From NCBI RefSeq assembly GCF_009914755.1, contig NC_060933.1: a DNA stretch of 64,000 bases; one strand, given 5' to 3'. The notes beneath the pieces are model-generated. The model was given only the letters and a program-made list of their open reading frames with translations. It made no database searches and had not been told where the DNA came from. A program made the position numbers and the translations under genes. Of the stretch, positions 58,955 to 64,000 are shown piece after piece (the stretch's first letter is position 1; each line of letters starts with the position of its first letter). The stretch comes from the human T2T-CHM13v2.0 reference genome, Homo sapiens.

Positions 58955-59675
58955 ATTCGGATTGATTCTATTCAATTCCCTTACACTCCATTACATTCCA
59001 TTCCATTCGGGTAGTTTCCATTCCATTCCATTCCATTCCTCTCCTTTCCATTGCACTCTCGTTGATTCCATTCCATTGCATTGCATTCCATTCCATTCAA
59101 TTCCATTCCGTTCCATTCCATTCCATTACATTCGGATTGATTCTATTCAACTCCCTTACTCTCCATTACATTCCATTCCATTCGGGTTGTTCCATTCCAT
59201 TCCATTCCGTTCCACTCCATTCCATTGCACTCGGGTTGATTCCATTCCATTCCATTCCATTGTATTCCATTCCATTCCATTCCGGATGATTCCATTCCAT
59301 TGCATTCCATTCCATTCCCCTGCACTCGGGTTGATTCCATTCCATTCCATTCCATTACATTCCGTTCCATTCCATTCCATTCCATTCGGATTGATTCTAT
59401 TCAATTCCCTTACACTCCATTACATTCCATTCCATTCGGGTAGTTTCCATTCCATTCCATTCCATTCCTCTCCTTTCCATTGCACTCTGGTTGATTCCAT
59501 TCCATTGCATTGCATTCCATTCCATTCAATTCCATTCCGTTCCATTCCATTCCATTACATTCGGATTGATTCTATTCAACTCCCTTACTCTCCATTACAT
59601 TCCATTCCATTCGGGTTGTTCCATTCCATTCCATTCCGTTCCACTCCATTCCATTGCACTCGGGTTGATTCCATT
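58955..59675 (+). repeat. Direct repeat pair 58955-59246 / 59384-59675 (spacing 429 bp)
   Basis: Shared private variants CTCTCCTTTCCATTGCACTCT(C/G)GTTG, TTGCATTGCATT and TTCCGTTCCACTCC; ORFs 59062/59491. Confidence 0.88.
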
Positions 59676-62600
59676 TCATTCCATTCCATTCCATTCCATT
59701 CCATTCCGGATGATTCCATTCCATTGCATTCCGTTCCATTACATTCCCCTGCACTCGGGTTGATTCCATTCCATTCCATTCCATTCCATTCGATTCCATT
59801 CCATTCCCCTGCACTCGCGTTGATTCCATTCCATTCCATTCCATTCCATTCCATTCCATTCCATTCCTTTCCATTCCAGTCCTTTCCATTCCATTCCACT
59901 CGGGTTGATTCCATTCTATTAGTTTCCATTCCATTCCATTCCCTTCCATTCCACTCTGGTTGATTCCATTCCTTTCCATTCCACTCGAATACATTCCCTC
60001 CTATTCGACTCGGAACGATTCCATTCCATTCCATTCCATTCCATTCCATTTCATTCCATTCCATTCCATTCCATTCTATTTCGTTCCATTCCGTTCTATT
60101 CCGTATCTTTCCATTCCATTCCATTCCATTCCATTCCATTCCACTCGTGTTGATTCCATTCCTTTCCATTCCATTCGGTTTGAAGGCATTCCATTCCATT
60201 CCATTCCATTCCATTCCATTCCATTCCATTCCATTCCATTTCATTGTACTCGGGTTGATTCCATTCCATTGCATTCCATTCCATTCCATTCCATTCCATT
60301 CCGTTGCATTCCATTCCATTACATTCGGATTGATTCTATTCAACTCCCTTAATCTCCATTCCATTCCATTCCATTCGGGTTGTTCCATTCCATTCCATTC
60401 CATTCCATTCCACTCCATTCCATTGCCCTCGGGTTGATTCCATTCCATTCCATTCCATTCCATTCCATTCCGGATGATTCCATTCCATTGCATTCCGTTC
60501 CATTACATTCCCCTGCACTCGCGTTGATAACATTCCATTCCATTCCATTCCATTCAATTCCATTCCATTACAATTCGTTCCGTTCCATTCTATTCCGTAC
60601 CATTCCATTCCATTCAATACCATTCCATTCCATTCCATTCCATTCCATTCCGTTCCATTCCGTTCCATTCAATTCCATTCCATTCTATTCGGGTTAATTC
60701 CATTCCATTCCATTCCATTCCATTCCATTCCATTCTATTCCATTCCATTGCAATCGAGTTGAATCCATTGCATTTCATTCCATTCCATTCCATTCCATTC
60801 CATTCCGGAAGATTCCATTCCATTGCATTCCATTCCATTCCATTCCCCTGCACTCGCGTTGATTCCATTCCATTCCATTCCATTCCATTCCGTTCCGTTC
60901 CATTCCATTCCATTCCATTCCGTTCAGTTCCATTCCATTCCATTCCATTCTATTCGGGTTAATTCCATTCCATTCTATTCGATTGCAATCAAGTTGATTC
61001 CATTCCATTCCATTCCATTCCGTTCCATTCCATTCCATTGCTTTCCATTCCATTACGGATGATTCCATTCCATTGTATTCCATTCCATTCCATTCCCCTG
61101 TACTCGGGTTGATTCCATTCCATTCCATTCCAATCCATGCCATTCCACTCGTGTTGATTCCATTCTTTCCATTCCATTCAAGTTGAATCCATTCCATTGC
61201 ATTCCATTCCATTCGATTCCATTCTATTGCACTCGGGTTGATTCCATTCCATTGCATTCCATTCCATTCCATTCAATTCCATTCCATTCCATTCCATTCC
61301 ATTACATTCGGATTGATTCTATTCAACTCCCTTACTCTCCATTACATTCCATTCCATTCGGGTTGTTCCATTCCATTCCATTCCATTCCACTCCATTCCA
61401 TGGCACTCGGGTTGATTCCATTCCATTCCATTCCATTCCATTCCATTCCATTGCATTCCATTCCAATCGAGTTGATTCCATTCCATTCCATTCCATTCCA
61501 TTCCATTCCACTCCATTCCAGTCCTTTCCATTCCATTCCACTCGGGTTGATTCCAATTTATTCCTTTCCATTCCATTCCATTCCATTGCAATCGAGTTGA
61601 TTCCATTGCTTTGCATTCCATTCCATTTCATTCCATTCCGGATGATTCCATTCCATTGCATTCCATTCCATTCCATTCCCCTGCACTCGGGTTGATTCCA
61701 TTCCATTCCACTCCATTCCGTTCCATTCCATCCCATTGCATTGTATTCGGGTTAATTCCATTCCATTCCATTCCATTCCATTCCATTCCATTACAATCGA
61801 GTTGATTCCATTCCATTCCATTCCATTCCAGTCCTTTCCATTCCATTCCACTCGGGTTGATTCCATTCTATTAGTTTCCATTCCATTCCATTCACTTCCA
61901 TTCCACTTTGGTTGATACCATTCCTTTCCATTCCACTCGAATACATTCCCTCCTATTCCACTCAGAACGATTCCATTCCATTCCATTCCATTCCATTCCA
62001 TTCCATTCCATTTCGTTCCATTCCATTCTATTCCGTATCATTCCATTCCATTCCATTCGATTCCATTGCATTCCATTCCATTCCATTCCATTCCATTGTA
62101 CTCGGGTTGATTCAATTCCATTGCATTCCATTCCATTCCATTCCATTCCATTCCATTCCATTCCGTTGCATTCCATTCCATTACATTCGGATTGATTCTA
62201 TTCAACTCCCTTACTCTCCATTACATTCCATTCCATTCGGGTTGTTCCATTCCATTCCATTCCATTCCACTCCATTCCATTGCACTTGGGTTGATTCCAT
62301 TCCATTCCATTCCATTCCATTCCATTCCATTCCGTTCCGGATGATTCCATTCCATTGCATTCCGTTCCATTACATTCCCCTGCACTCGGGTTTATTCCAT
62401 TCCATTGCATTCCATTCCATTCCATTCCATTCCATTCCATTCCATTCCATTCCCCTGCACTCGGGTTGATTCCATTCCATTCCATTCCATTCCATTCGAT
62501 TCCATTCCATTCCAATTCTTTCCATTCCATTCTATTCCGTACCATTACATTCCATTCCATACAATTCCATTCCATTCCATTCCACTCTGTTCCGTTCCGT

Positions 62601-64000
62601 TCCGTTCTGTTCCGTTCCATTCCATTCCATTCCATTCTATTCGGTTTAATTCCATTCCATTCCATTCCATTCCATTCCATTCCATTCCATTCCATTCTAT
62701 TCCATTCCATTGCAATCGAGTTGAATCCATTGCATTCCATTCCATTCCATTCCATTCCATTCCATTCAATTCCGGAAGATTCCATTCCATTGCATTCCAT
62801 TCCATTCCATTCCATTCCATTCCATTCCATTCCATTCCATTCCATTCCATTCCATTCCATTGTACTCGGGTTGATTCCTTTCCATTGCATTCCATTCCAT
62901 TCCATTCCATTCCATTCCATTGCGTTCCATTCCATTCCATTACATTCGGATTGATACATTTCAACTCCCTTACTCTCCATTACATTCCATTCCATTCGGG
63001 TTGTTCCATTCCATTCCTTTCCATTGCACTTCATTCCATTGCACTCTGGTTGATTCCATTCCATTCCATTCCATTCCATTCCGGAAGATTCCATTCCATT
63101 GCATTCCGTTCCATTACGTTCCCCTGCACTCGGGTTGATTCCATTCCATTACTTTCCATTCCATTCGATTCCATTCCATTCCCCTGCACTCGCGTTGATT
63201 CCATTGCATTCCATTCCGTTCCATTCCATTCCATTCCATTCCTTTCCGTTCCGTTCCATTCCATTCCAATCCATTCCATTCCATTCCGTTCCGTTCCATT
63301 CCATTCCATTCCATTCTATTCGGGTTAATTCCATTCCATTCCATTCGATTGCAATCGAGTTGATTCCATTCCATTCCATTCCATTCCATTCCATTCCATT
63401 CCAGTCCTTTCCATTCCTTTCCATTCCATTACTGATGATTCCATTCCATTGCATTCCATTCCATTCCATTCCCCTGTACTCGGGTTGATTCCCTTCCATT
63501 CCATTCCAATCCATGCCATTCCACTCGTGTTGATTCCATTCTTTCCTTTCCATTCAAGTTGAATCCATTCCATTGCATTCCATTCCATTTGATTCCATTC
63601 GATTGCACTCGGGTTGATTCCATTCCATTGCATTCCATTCCATTCCATTCCATTCCATTCCATTCCCTTCCATTCCACTCTGGTTGATTCCATTCCTTTC
63701 CATTCCACTCGAATACATTCCCTCCTATTCCACTCGGAACGATTCCATTCCATTCCATTCCATTCCATTCCATTCCATTCCATTCCATTCCATTCCATTT
63801 CGTTCCATTCCATTCTATTCCGTATCATTCCATTCCATTCCATTCCATTCCATTCCATTCCATTCCATTCCATTCCATTCCGGATGATTCCATTCCATTG
63901 CATTCCGTTCCATTACATTCCCCTGCACTCGCGTTGATTCCATTCCATTCCATTCCATTCCATTCCATTCCATTCCATTACAATTCGTTCCATTCCATTC

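Larger units (their letters stand above)
1..64000 (+). repeat. Satellite III (HSat3)-type pericentromeric satellite array, (CATTC)n on + strand
   Basis: CATTC tandem pentamers run from the first to the last base. They are interrupted every few tens of bp by ACTCGGGTTG / ATTCGGGTTA / AATCGAGTTG decamers, matching the classical Sat III consensus CAACCCGA(A/G)T(GGAAT)n on the - strand. Long perfect CATTC runs and no regular 23/26-bp unit argue against HSat2. Confidence 0.97.

Noticed and set aside
840-63000. Telomere-like words (GGGTTA, GGGTTG, CCCTTAC, CCCTAAC at ~9130/14183)
   Set aside because: They are isolated single occurrences inside satellite modules, never tandem TTAGGG. G-runs are too sparse for G-quadruplexes.
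6206-63887. Recurrent 'conserved' peptide MIPFLSIPLEYIPSYSTRNDS and similar
   Set aside because: It is the translation of a repeated DNA module. Frames are not preserved between copies and there is no evidence of coding constraint.
57-63890. CCGGATGATT module as an HSE
   Set aside because: The central unit is GAT, not GAA. It is a one-mismatch paralogue, useful as a negative control rather than a site call.
1-64000. Hundreds of ORFs (MEWNG- and HSIPF-repeat peptides, up to ~370 aa)
   Set aside because: A 5-bp repeat with no stop codon on either strand is open in all frames. The ORFs overlap in all six frames, end only at satellite variants and have no domain content.
1-64000. CRISPR-like repeat/spacer architecture
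   Set aside because: The intervals between interruptions are variable-length CATTC runs rather than unique spacers, and there are no cas genes or leader.
1-64000. Assignment to Yq12 DYZ1 (3.56 kb) or to a specific chromosome such as 9q12
   Set aside because: A few ~3.5 kb spacings occur, but there is no stable period. The decamer content is compatible with chr9-type or acrocentric HSat3, but only alignment to a T2T reference can decide.
1-64000. Alpha satellite/CENP-B boxes, Alu/L1 insertions, inversion breakpoints
   Set aside because: I saw no 171-bp monomers, CENP-B box, poly(A) tails or GGAAT runs on the + strand.

Overview
The whole 64 kb window is one uninterrupted block of pentameric (CATTC/GAATG)n satellite. 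It carries the interspersed A(C/T)TCGGGTTG decamer that is diagnostic of human/primate Satellite III (HSat3). The C-rich strand is on + throughout, with no inversion, transposon, RNA gene or credible protein-coding gene. All ORFs in the track are MEWNG/HSIPF translation artefacts of the pentamer. The information lies in the non-pentamer interruptions. (i) They form a fixed-order set of modules making an irregular ~2.5-2.7 kb macro-unit that has been repeatedly truncated and re-duplicated. (ii) There is a recent near-identical ~5.05 kb tandem duplication (9031-19117) and several smaller ones (25, 120, 429, ~850-1000, 1045, ~3420-3650 bp spacing). (iii) One recurrent interruption, ATTCCGGAAGATTCC, creates a perfect three-unit heat shock element (TTCnnGAAnnTTC) about 37 times. 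(iv) Pentamer phase slips are almost all -1. I do not see a new gene-encoded system; the best candidate for function is a satellite-encoded array of HSF1 sites in a TEAD-motif background. Counts and boundaries were read by eye and are approximate. Chromosome and subfamily cannot be fixed without alignment.
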